Shown: in pieces, positions 1 to 15,138 of the stretch | Position numbering within the stretch: position 1 is the first letter of the stretch | Layout of the letters: every line of letters starts with the position of its first letter | NCBI RefSeq assembly: GCF_009914755.1 | Contig: NC_060936.1 | Length of the DNA: 64,000 nt | Source of the DNA: the human T2T-CHM13v2.0 reference genome, Homo sapiens | Direction: 5' to 3' (one strand) | Position numbers and translations under genes: made by a program | The notes under the pieces: model-generated | Database searches by the model: none | Told to the model about the DNA's origin: nothing | Seen by the model: the letters and a program-made list of their open reading frames with translations, nothing else

Positions 1-790
1 AGAACAGCAGGATTGGGGGTGGAAGAGGGAAGATTTCTTAGAAGAGGTTAAAATTATGTAGCAGTGAGATGTATCGTTTTTGAAACCATATTACAGATGA
101 AAAAGTACAGAGAGAAACGCTTAAAATTGCAGCTTTGCCTTCTAATTTTTCCGCTAAATGATATAATCATTGGCTCACATCATTCCAGTGAATTTCTTTT
201 TTCGGTCATGTCATTTCCTGTCAGTAGAGGAAATGTAGGGAGGACATGTCCTGGCTAAAGATCACTGAGCCTCTTCTGGGGGTTGAAATGCCTTCTGTAC
301 TGAATTATGTATCTGATTCCATTACTGCCCTCAGCTGAGGTCTCATTTAAGCCGGGTAGCTATTATCGCCGGTCTTACTGATAAGAACATGGAGGCTCCA
401 CGGGGTTGAATGATTGGTCCAAGGGCAAACACCACACAGGAGAACTGGCCCTAGAATGCCATGTTGGGCCATTTTCTAAAGGTGTCTCATGTGACACACT
501 GAGTTCTTTAGAGTTAGACATGAGGAAAACCCACTCACTTGAAGGGCTCACAGCCTGAACTCACCACCTGTCTGCTGCCCCCAGTTAGGTCAGGATTGTC
601 TCACACCCCATACTTTCCTATTTAGGGTCCCTTACTCCTTTTGTTCTTTTTATGACCACAGTTGCATGGCCCGACACCTCATCATGTCAGGGAGATTGTG
701 TTTTCCTCTTTCTCATCAAGTCACTAGATTAACATCGAAAAGAGATGAGGTAGGGGACAGACTCTGGTTCAGTCCTTGGCCCTGGTTTTA

Positions 791-1055
<265 letters not shown>

Positions 1056-1227
1056 TGTCATCAGGAAACTACTTGGTACATAACAGCCCCCAAAAATGAC
1101 ACTTGAAAGGAAAAGACATGTAAATATGGCCTTAATTATGTTGTCTACCCATAAACATGTATGAATGCTATTACACGTTGGTATTCCTTAGAAGCTGACA
1201 GAATTAAAGCAAATAGAATGCTTAGAT

Positions 1228-1442
1228 CAGTGGTTCTCAACTTGGAGGAGTTTTGCCTCCCAAGGGACATTGGGCAGTGTCTGGTAACATTTTTGGTTAT
1301 CACTACTGGGGGAGGGGTGCTACTGGTGTCTAGTGGGTAGAGGCCAGGGATGCTGTTCAACATCCTCTAATGCACAGGACAGCCCCCGCAACAAAGAATG
1401 ATCCAGCCAAAACCATCATGGTGCTGCTGTTGAGAAACCTTG
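1228..1442 (+). mobile_element. MER20 hAT-Charlie MITE
   Basis: Starts cagtggttctcaac and ends gttgagaaaccttg; 8-bp TSD-like gcttagat/gtttaggt. Confidence 0.85.
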
Positions 1443-1764
1443 GTTTAGGTCAAAAGCCAGTAAATTAGCTACTGATTAACTTTGATACATGGCATTAGCA
1501 AACAGGGCTAGGAAGCTCAAAGATCCCAGGCTAGCCGTAAAGCTGGAGCTAGATACACTTTTCCTATTTGGGATTAAGACAGATTATCCCTATTTGAGAT
1601 TAAGGATAAAGGGCAGATTATTTTATGAATCTATATAATACCAAATGAAATAGATTTTTTTCTTTGTAGCATTATGGGGAGTTAACTTTCAAGGTAATCA
1701 AAACCAGGTTTTGTTTACAGAGCCACTGCTAATTTTCATTGACTCGGGCCTTTTTCTCTTGCAG

Positions 1765-1885
1765 TTCTGAATCAGCCAGGGGCCCCCAAAACACAGATTT
1801 TTATGAATGGCGCCTGCTCCCCATCTTTATTGCCAACGCTGTCAGCGCCGATGCCCTTCCCTCTCCCAGTTGTTCCCGACTACAG
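1765..1885 (+). CDS. USP30: USP30 penultimate coding exon
   Basis: Acceptor ttttctcttgcag ends at 1764 and donor GTGAG starts at 1886. 121 nt (2+117+2) translating LNQPGAPKTQIFMNGACSPSLLPTLSAPMPFPLPVVPDY; phase-compatible with the next exon. Confidence 0.9.
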
Positions 1886-2478
1886 GTGAGCCACCCTTTA
1901 CAAGCCCCATCTTAGAGCTACCACTGCTCTTAGCTTCTAAAATTAGCTTTTCACAGAAATGAATTAAGGAAAATATAGATGTTTATTTTTCATTTTAAGG
2001 TGAAGTTTCACGATTACACATTCCTATTTATTTTTGTCCAAAATGGAAATAACTTTTAAATTAAAAATTTTTAAAGTACATAAAATTTACATATGCATAT
2101 GTATGTGTGTATATATGTGTGTATGTATAAAATATAAAGAAAATTTAAAATTTCTTGGGATACCATCTAGAGATAGCCAATTAAACACTTAGGGTCATGC
2201 ACTCTATAAAGTTGTACATCACACATACATATAGTGTACATAAACACATACACTCATTGATACAAACATCCACATATACACAATATACATATACTCATAG
2301 AATGTACATCTTGCCATGCCAGTAAATACAGATCTGTATTTTAATAGTTGTGTAGCATTTGGTGGTATGGACTTACCATTGTATTCATCCCCTATTTAAC
2401 ATTAGCATTCTTTTGTTTTTGCCTATAAAGTCTTTTTGTTAAAATTGTAAACCCCTGACATGTGTTCGTATCATTCAG

Positions 2479-2743
2479 CTCCTCCACATACCTCTTCCGG
2501 CTGATGGCAGTTGTCGTCCACCATGGAGACATGCACTCTGGACACTTTGTCACTTACCGACGGTCCCCACCTTCTGCCAGGAACCCTCTCTCAACTAGCA
2601 ATCAGTGGCTGTGGGTCTCCGATGACACTGTCCGCAAGGCCAGCCTGCAGGAGGTCCTGTCCTCCAGCGCCTACCTGCTGTTCTACGAGCGCGTCCTTTC
2701 CAGGATGCAGCACCAGAGCCAGGAGTGCAAGTCTGAAGAATGA
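2479..2743 (+). CDS. USP30: USP30 last coding exon (ubiquitin-specific protease His box)
   Basis: Acceptor tcattcag ends at 2478. Translates SSTYLFRLMAVVVHHGDMHSGHFVTY...WLWVSDD...AYLLFYER...CKSEE-TGA, containing the USP His box and the USP30-typical Ser in WVSDD. Confidence 0.95.
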
Positions 2744-4835
2744 CTGTGCCCTCCTGCAAGGCTAGAGCTGATGGCACTGTCTGCACTGTCCAGGAAAAAA
2801 GTAAAACTGTACTGTTGCGTGTGCAAGCGGCCCCACTAGAGCCTTCCAGCCTTCTGGTGTGTTCTAAGAGCAGGCTCCACCTGGGAGCCAGCCCCAGTTC
2901 ACACCAAACCAGGCTCCCTGAACAGTCCTGTTCATGTGTGTAGGTGGTTCTGTTGTGTTAAGAAAGCATTCATTATGTCCGGAGTGTCTTTTTACTCATC
3001 TGATACAGGTAATTAAAAGAACTCAGATTCTTGAAGCCACCGTTTTCATATTGTAATGTTAGGTGTTCTCAGAGGGGAGGTACCTTTGTCTAATCAACGT
3101 TTCCACTTAGATCTTTTATTTTTAATAAGCAGGCCCATAAAAATTGTTGACAAGAATTAATGAAATTATTAAAGGCAACAATTTAGAAGAAAAAGTGCCT
3201 TTCACTTTCGATTGCTTTTGTAGCACGTCCATTGTGAAATATTCCTTCCAGGCTACTCAAAGGATAGCAAGAGAACAGGTAAATGATGCCTAAAGAACAC
3301 CTTCCTTTTTCTATGCCTTTTCTAATCTTTCAATTCTTTCTATGGAGTAAAGGCTCATCTGCCAAATCTGCCCCCTGGGGAAACTCTTTCACTACTTTGT
3401 CAGTTATAAGTGAAGAGCTTACTTGTTGCTTTTATCTTTTGTATATTGGACTGAGATGTAATTACACTGTATTATAAAACTCTGTGAATAGCCAGAACTG
3501 AGCTGGATCTTTGCAACACCTGATTCCTCTGCTCTGTGGAAAACTTTTTCTTACACAAGGATCCACTGTGGACGGTTACTTTCATCTGTTTATTTATTGC
3601 CCATGCAGAGCTCTTAAGGTTTACAGGTGGGAGCTTGGGGCTGTATAAAAAAATAATCCCTGCCCTGAGTTGACACCTGGCTTAGGAAGGAAGGGCTGAC
3701 TATGGGGCTGCAGTCTCTCTGAACCTCAGTTTCCTCATTTGTGAAGTGAAGGGTTAGATTTGATGACCACCAAAGTTCAGCCCTTTTCACGAAAAGGAGA
3801 AAGCAGCTTTTGACTTTTTAAAAAACATATAACTACAGCTGGCATCTAGTATTGTCATGTTGCTCTAGGTCCATATTCTGAATTTATTCATTTCCAATAG
3901 CCTAATACAAAAAGTATATATTGAGCACTTTCTTCCCTTTTCAGGTAAGTCTCTGAATGCAGCCCAGGGCCAAAGGAATTTTGATGACACAGTAGTACCT
4001 ATGTTTTAAGCTATATTTTTAATTTAGAAAAATGGATACCAAATTCAAACCGACTCATCAGAGGTAAGATTTGGAATCAGACCTTTCCAAAAGGTCATCT
4101 GAGGTAAGGCTAAGACCGCACTTCCTCTGCTGGGGGTGAGCTGGCAGACACACCAAACAGTGCCTTGGCAGCAGCTCACAGTGCAGGAAGCCCAGGTGAT
4201 CACTCTTCTGCTGGGCCCAGGCTGCACCCTGAGGACTCAGTAACTCACTCTCAACAGAATATTCTGTGCAGGCTCTCCAGGCTCTGGGCGTCAGGGTGCA
4301 AGGGGCAGCTTGAACTGTACGGTCCGTCCTGCACTCACCCGATGCAGACCTTGACTTTGATGTTGAAATGAACACACTTGTTTTACCCAAGTCTGGTGGA
4401 ACAAATGCCCAATCATGTGACCTTAAAGTGTACTGCAAAGCTGTAGCTTTAAGTAATTGCTGTTCTGCCACTGCTTACTCTGAAATCTACCATCAAAGAA
4501 AGATAGAGAAAAGGGGCTGAGCCTTGGAATATATGGTTATAAGCAGATCTTTCTTTGGTCAGAGACCAGGGTTTGAGCCAAGGCTGTAAATGTGAACAAT
4601 AGCTGTGCAAAGCCTTTTAACCTGACTTCTTCATTTTGTAAATTATTATGCATTAAGTAGCAGCCCAATAATCTGATTTCTAGTTTTATTTTCAAAGTAA
4701 GTAGCTTCTTTTGGGAAAAACCTAAGTTAAACTAGTAGTTTTGCCATAATAACTGCTGATTTATGTATTTGCTAAAGGTACTTTTGTATCTGCTGTGTAT
4801 TATAGCAATAAAATAATCATTTTGTTAGAAAAAAA
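2744..4835 (+). other. USP30: USP30 3' UTR (end approximate)
   Basis: Follows stop at 2741-2743. AATAAA at 4807-4812 with downstream GT/T-rich sequence near 4841-4855. Confidence 0.7.
4807..4812 (+). terminator. USP30: USP30 polyadenylation signal AATAAA
   Basis: Canonical hexamer preceded by TGTA elements (4764-4800) and followed by T/GT-rich sequence. Confidence 0.75.
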
Positions 4836-5016
4836 TCACCTGGTGTTCTTTTGTAATACACTGATCTGTTACAAACATCATCTTTCTGAATTCTGCATTG
4901 TTACATAACAAGCCCTACGCTTTAAACCTTTCTGTGTTCCCTGTTGGTAAGGGAAATGCCAGCTCCCTCTTAGAGTCGAGAGGGAAAGAGAAAAGAGAAA
5001 AACTGTTAAAAATGTT

Positions 5017-5022
5017 TTTATT
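5017..5022 (-). terminator. ALKBH2: ALKBH2 polyadenylation signal overlapping the stop codon
   Basis: Minus strand reads AAA AAA TAA AAA, so AATAAA spans Lys261/stop. A U-rich tract follows on the minus strand (4982-5002). Confidence 0.7.
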
Positions 5023-5324
5023 TTTTAGTAAGCAAAATTTTACGAAAAGTCAGATTCACCCGTGGAGCCAGAACCTTCTTTCTCACGGGAAGACTGTGGT
5101 ACCAGTGCGTGTTGGTCGGGTGGTTCATCATTAGTAAGCTCCCGTGGGCCAGCGGCAGCCTGACCACCGCCACCCTCCTGGAGGGGCTTTTCCCACGGGA
5201 ATCCTTATGCCGGAAGACAAAGTCTCTGCAGGCACCGAAGGAGACAGAGGCAATGGGGCTCCCAGGGGCCAGTTCTCTTTCATCATCTCGGTGCTCCCCG
5301 ATGTGGTCACAGCCATCTTTATAC
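5018..5324 (-). CDS. ALKBH2: ALKBH2 last coding exon (Fe/2OG dioxygenase core)
   Basis: Acceptor AG at 5326-5325. Translates YKDGCDHIGEHRDDE...WYHSLP...RVNLTFRKILLTKK-TAA with the AlkB HxD...H triad and RxxxxxR motif. Confidence 0.97.
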
Positions 5325-5481
5325 CTGCAATGAGAAAACAAACACAGTGCATAAAAACAACCCTCTCCTGAAACTCACCAGCACCGCCAGCCCTCGTTTT
5401 CCTCACAGTGTGAAACAGCACTCTGCATGGCTGTACCTGCCGTTGTTTCTGCGAGGGCTTGAGGTCCACAGTGGGCTCTAA

Positions 5482-5686
<205 letters not shown>

Positions 5687-6172
5687 TAGCTAATTTCTTT
5701 TCTTTTGCAGAAACAGTTTCACCATGTTACCCAGGCTGGTCTCAAACTCGGGCTCAAGCAATTCACTCTCCTTGGCCTCCCAAAGTGTTGGGATTACAGG
5801 CATGAGTCACCACGTCCGGCCAGTTCATGTGCTTTAAAACTGAAGACACCCAAAGCCAAAATCACGTCTTACTGTAGTTCCCCTGGCCAGTCTATGTAAA
5901 CCTTTATCACATGATTTTGCCCTGCACTCAAAGGCCATACTCTGCATAGCCCGGCCCCTGCCCACTGCTGAGCTCATGCCATCCCCTTCTTTCCCTCATT
6001 CACTGCTTTCCGGCCATCCTGCAGCATTTTTGCTTCACAGACACTCCAGAGTCCCTCTGCTCTCCCTCCAGATGTCTGTGGCTGGCACTCTCCATTTAGT
6101 TATCAGCTCAAACGCACTGCCTCAGCCCTCCTCTAACCACCCCATCTGAAGTGACCTTCCCTTAAACCCACC

Positions 6173-6355
6173 CAGGGTTCTCCACCAGGGTGATTCTGCC
6201 CCAGGGGACAGGTATTGGGGGGTGGGGGACACTACTTGCAATCTAGTGGATGGAGGCCAGGGATCTGCTCAACATCCTGCAAGGCACAGGTCAGCCCCAA
6301 CAACAACGAATGACTGGGCCCAAAATGTCTGCAGTGCTGCCGTTGAGAAACCTTG
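6173..6355 (+). mobile_element. MER20 (internally deleted)
   Basis: Shares gaggccagggat...aacatcct...gcccaaaatgtc...gttgagaaaccttg with the copy at 1228. Confidence 0.75.
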
Positions 6356-6820
6356 CCCTAATCGCAAACCTCTCAGCCATTCTCAGTCAAATCGGCCTGT
6401 TTAATTTTTTGCAAGATGGTTATCACTGTCTGAAATCGTCTAGGGTCAGGCATAGTCGTTCACGCCTGTAATCCCAGCACTTTGGGAGGCTGAGGTGGGA
6501 GGATCGCTTGAGCCTAGCAGTTTGAGACCAAGCCTGGGCAACATAGAAAAACCCTGTCTCAAAAAAAAAAAAGAAAGAAAAAGAGAAGAAGAAATTATCT
6601 CATTCAGCTGTTTGTTCAGGAGTTAATCACCTCTCACTTCCTACTCCGGGATGAGCTCCAGGATCCAGGAAGACCGAGTGCTGGCGCTATTCCACTCTTA
6701 GAGCCCCAGTGTACTAAGAAATGATTTGTACCAATGAACCAAATAGGGTGGAACCCTAAACACTTCCTTTTGGAGGAGACAGAAGACTTGTAACATTGAG
6801 TCCACTAAACAGGGTGTCAC

Positions 6821-7019
6821 CTGTTGATGAGCACAAAGTTGAAGGTCTGTCCAGTCACCCCAGAGACGTGATCCCGGATGCGCTCTAGAACTGGGATCCA
6901 GGGCTTTGGAGACAGCGTGAGGCCTGAAAATGTGTAGGTCAGCCCAGCGTCGCCATACGTTGCCTGCTTCCTGGGCACACTGTGCCACTTCCCGAATACC
7001 TGGACTCTGGCCAGTGCTC
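6821..7019 (-). CDS. ALKBH2: ALKBH2 middle coding exon
   Basis: Acceptor ctctgcacag and donor GTGACA. 199 nt translating ALARVQVFGKWHSVPRKQATYGDAGLTYTFSG...FNFVLIN. Confidence 0.97.
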
Positions 7020-8206
7020 CTGTGCAGAGGAAACATGGCAGTTCCTTTCTACCTGACCCCCATCTAGAAATCCAGATGCCCCCCCCAACCCGCACTGCCA
7101 TCACCAGAAATCCAGTGCCCCACATACATGCTCCCTGGGTATTCAAGATTGAAAGGGAAGTAAGGAATAACATTTCCCCGTCATTCCATGCAATTTAAAC
7201 CCCTTTTCAATCATCATTTTGGCTTGCCCCAAATTTTCTTTTTGTTTTGTTTTCTTTGAGACAGGGTCTCCCTGTGTCACCCAGGCTGGAGTACAGTAGC
7301 ACAATCTCAGCGCACTTCAACCTCCACCTCCCGTGCTCCAGCAATCCTCCCGCATCAGCCTCCTGAATAGCTGGGACCACAGGGGCGTGCCACCATGCCT
7401 GGCTAACTTTTTTGTAAGCTCACTGCAACCTCCACCTCCAGGGCTCCAGCAGCCCTCCTGCCTCAGCCTCCTGAGTAGCTGGGACCACAGGGGCATGCCA
7501 CCATGCCCGGCTAACTTTTTTTGTATTTTTTTGTAAGACACAGGGTTTTATCATGTTGCCTAGACTGGTCTTGAACTCCTGGGCTCAAGTGGTCCGCCCA
7601 CCTCAGTCTCCCAAAGTCTGGGATTATAGGTGTGCACCACTGCACCAAGCCAACTGCCCCAAATGTTCATGTAAGAACAGTGACTCTTGTTCTACAAGGA
7701 GAGAAACATGGTCCTGGGCCATTTTTTTAGTGAACACTGTAACTTAACTGCCTTAACTACAGTAAGGGCAGAATAAAGAGGCTGAAATTGGAACACGATA
7801 AAGTTAGTTTACAGGCTAGGATAGCTTGTCAACTGTAGGGACTAAGGGCATGTGACCCCATGAAAGATGGGGCTCACACTGCTGGGGTCTCTTGTGGGCA
7901 TTTCTTTTTTTAAAGAGATGGTGAGCCAGGCGCGCTGGCTCATGCTTGCAATCCCAGCACTTTGGGAGGCCAAGGCGAGGATCACTCAAGGCCAGGAGTT
8001 CAATTAACAGCCTGGGTAACACAGTGAGACCTACAGATAATTTAAAAATTATCCAGGCTTGGTGGTGTACATCTGTGGTCCCAGTTACTTAGGATGCTGA
8101 GGTGGGAGAATCACTTGAGCCCAGGCGGACGAGGCTGCAGTGAGCCAAGATCGTGCCCCTGCCCTCCAGCCTAGGTGACAGAGCGAGACCCTGTCTCAAA
8201 GCATAA

Positions 8207-8656
<450 letters not shown>

Positions 8657-8719
8657 TAGCTTCCTGTGGGCTTTTCTATGCCTCTCTGCCAGATCCTTGT
8701 GTCCTCATTACAGGATAGA

Positions 8720-9080
8720 GGTGTGGTTCTCAACATGTGCTCCCCAGACCAGCAGCACCTGGACTCTCCTTAGAAACTAAACTAAACCACAGGGGTAGGG
8801 TCCAGCAATCCAAGTCCTGCCAACAGCAAGTCCACCAGGTGATGCTGAGAACCACTGGTGTGGAGAAATTACCTGGTTATTTGCCATCTCTCCTATGAGA
8901 CCAGTGATTCTCAAACCCTGACTGCCCATGAGAATCACCTGGAAGCTTTTTAAACAAACAAGTGGTCAGCCTGCACTCGGAGCGATTCTGATTGAAGTGC
9001 TCTGCAGTAGAACCCAGCACGTTTTTTTACTTTGTTTTGTAAACTTTCCCAGAAGATACTCATCAGTAGCCAAGGAGAGA
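8720..9080. mobile_element. Two degenerate MER5-type hAT MITEs
   Basis: gtggttctcaac...gagaaccactg and cagtgattctcaaac...agaatcacctggaagc resemble MER5A/B termini. Confidence 0.55.
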
Positions 9081-9318
9081 TTCACTCGAGTCATCTGTCA
9101 GCTCCTAGTAGACAGGCAATCCAGTTTCTTTCAAGTTTATGTCCCAAGCACCTAAGGGGCTTAGCCCAGAGGTGCTCAGAGAATATTGGATGAATCCATT
9201 AGTGAACCCATCAGTAAATAATGGATCCTGAGTTCAGATTTCTCCAAACATACGATCATTAATTGCACCAAACAAGCCCTCAATGCACACACACACACAC
9301 ACACACCCCTCTGCTTAC

Positions 9319-9598
9319 CTGTAAAATATTCTACTTCTTTCTCCAACTCTTGGAAAATCTCATCTGCCTCAGCTTTGCCAAACAGGACTGTGTAACTGCA
9401 GTCCAGGCCCTCAGCCCGAATGTGCCGCCAGCTAGGGCCTGCTGAGTGGCCTCCATTCCCTGGGGCCTCTCTCCTGGGCCTCTTCCTTGTGCTTTCTTTG
9501 TCTCCTCCCAACACAGCTGGCTCTTCTCCAGTTGGCTCTTGCTCCTCCTGCTTCCTCAAAAGGCCCCCTTGAGCCCCTTTCACCAGGAATCTGTCCAT
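9319..9598 (-). CDS. ALKBH2: ALKBH2 first coding exon (APIM motif RFLVK, basic NLS-like RKRPRR)
   Basis: ATG at 9598, one nt after the acceptor AG (9601-9600), and donor GTAAGC. MDRFLVKGAQGG...EVEYFT. Total CDS 280+199+307=786 nt, 261 aa. Confidence 0.97.
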
Positions 9599-10058
9599 CC
9601 TGTCCCCACAGGAAAGAAGGGACGTCAGTGGCGAGGCCAAGACAGAAATTGCTCAAGTTCTATCCCCAGTGCAAAAATCTGTTTGTCCAAGGGGTCTCAC
9701 AGCAACATTCCTAGTTTCACATTTTCATTTTAAAGTTTAAAACCATGTCCTAGAAAGGAAACAGAAGATGTTAAAGCCGGAAGGGACCCTAGGGACAATC
9801 TGATCCAGGGTCTCCCACGTCCACCTGTGCATCAGAATCAGCTGGCTAGCTTGCAAAAACCCAGAGGTCTGCACTCCACGCCTGAGCACCTGAATTTTTA
9901 AAGAACTACCTCCTGGGAATTCGCACGCCACAGCTAAACTTAGAAACTACAATCCAAACCCTCATTTTGCAGAAGGGGAAACTGTTGCCCACAGAGGCGA
10001 AGAGGTTTGCCCAAAGTCAACTGTCCACCCCTTTAAGGAGGAAGGACCCATAACTGAC

Positions 10059-10300
10059 CTCGCTGCCCCCCACCAGTGTTAAAATAGATCAGTCTAGTGA
10101 TGCTCAAGTGGATACGATTCAGAAGCGAGACGCAAAGAGGTTAAACACGGGTAAACCGCACGCAAAATTCTGATATCACTGCAACACGTCCGTGGGGTGG
10201 GGGTGGCAAGAGTGCTCTAGCATCGCAGCTCCGGCGCAGATCGGAATCCCGCAGTCACCCTGGTGGCCTCGTGGTGGGAAAGACGCGCCCCAGCGAATCG
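10059..10300 (-). other. ALKBH2: Probable ALKBH2 non-coding first exon (5' end approximate)
   Basis: Minus-strand donor AG|GTCAGT at 10058 downstream of a CpG-rich promoter; the coding exon needs an upstream exon. Confidence 0.5.
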
Positions 10301-10520
10301 GTCGCGTCACTTCCGGAGCACGCTGGGAACTACGGCAGGCTAGGGCGCAAAGAGAGCAGCCGGGCGGCCCTCTGGTGCCACCTGCTGGCCTCCCGTGTGT
10401 GGCAAGCACTGCCGCTTTCCCGTTGATCACCTGTTGGGCCACTGTCGAGAATCACGGCTGGGGTGAGAACTGTGGCTTGGCGTCACTTCTCAGTGAGGGT
10501 TACTTTGGTGTCCGGAAAGG
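10120..10520 (-). promoter_or_regulatory. ALKBH2 CpG-rich promoter with ETS-CRE composite and CTCF motif
   Basis: High CpG density. GCGTCACTTCCGG at 10304-10316 (= CCGGAAGTGACGC) and GGCCAGCAGGTGGCAC on the minus strand at 10375-10390. Confidence 0.7.
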
Positions 10521-10789
10521 GCGTTGGGCCACCAGTATATTGTCACGAGTGGGAGCAGGAGTTCTGCAGTCGGATATCGTGGATTCTGTTTCTGTCTCCT
10601 CCGCCCTGGCTGTGTGGCCTCCCACAGGTCACTTAACCTCTCTGGGGTTAAGTTGCCTCATCTGTGAAGTGGGGACTACAGCACCTATGTCATGAGAGCG
10701 CCTGAGGAGATGACAGGATGCATGAGAAATGCTCTGTCCTCTAAATAAATGTTGGTTCCATTATTGCTCGTTTTTCTTTGTTTTCTTGT

Positions 10790-14182
<3,393 letters not shown>

Positions 14183-14491
14183 AGTCTTCTCTTCTTGCAG
14201 CTGAGCCTTAAGAGCCTGTCCAAAGAGCAGAGGTGGGCTGAAGGCACAAAGCGAATGAAAGAATAGGCCCCCGGGCACCGTTGCACGCCCCACCTCCTCC
14301 CAGGGGCGTTGCACTCCAGCCCCTCCCGCACATGCGCACTGGGCCTTCCACCGCCCCCCGCCCCCAGCAAAGCCCCCCGCTCGGAGCATGCGCGGGCCGC
14401 TTGGCGCCAATTGCTGACCGCCACAGCCACAGCCAGGGCTAGCCTCGCCGGTTCCCGGGTGGCGCGCGTTCGCTGCCTCCTCAGCTCCAGG

Positions 14492-14623
14492 ATGATCGGC
14501 CAGAAGACGCTCTACTCCTTTTTCTCCCCCAGCCCCGCCAGGAAGCGACACGCCCCCAGCCCCGAGCCGGCCGTCCAGGGGACCGGCGTGGCTGGGGTGC
14601 CTGAGGAAAGCGGAGATGCGGCG
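14492..14623 (+). CDS. UNG: UNG exon 1A, nuclear UNG2-specific 44-aa N-terminus (PIP box QKTLYSFF)
   Basis: MIGQKTLYSFFSPSPARKRHAPSPEPAVQGTGVAGVPEESGDAA followed by donor GTGAGG; 132 nt, phase 0. Confidence 0.97.
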
Positions 14624-15138
14624 GTGAGGCGCGGCTTGGGCCGGGGCTAGGGGGTGAAGGGGGAGGAAGGCGGTGGGCCCCGCCTGACGGAGGGCGTGCA
14701 GGATCGCGCCTCTGACTCGGTAAACCCGGGCTCCGCTTTCCAAATAGCCTCCACGTGTTCAAAATAGCCGCCGCTGTCCCCCATGGGCCGCCATGCTAAA
14801 GGGCCAGCCAATGGGAACGCGTCTCGGGGCCCATGGCGCCAATCCGCGCGCCGCAGGCCCTCCTGGCTCGGTGCGCTGTCCAATCAGAGGGGAGAGGGGG
14901 CGGGACCCAGAGGGAGGTTTTTTGCCGCGAAAAGACCACGTGGGGACGCGGTGGGGCGGGTCTGGCGGGGGCGGGGCACCTCTGTGCAGGGTTCCCAGTC
15001 ACCGCGACGCTCCTCGGGAAGCCATAGGGCGCCTCCCAGCCCGTCTCCCCGCTCCAGTTTAGAACCTAATTCCCAATTCCCGGACCGGGCCCAGCCCTGG
15101 GCTCTTACTGTCCGCTTTTGCTGGGACCTGTTCCACAA

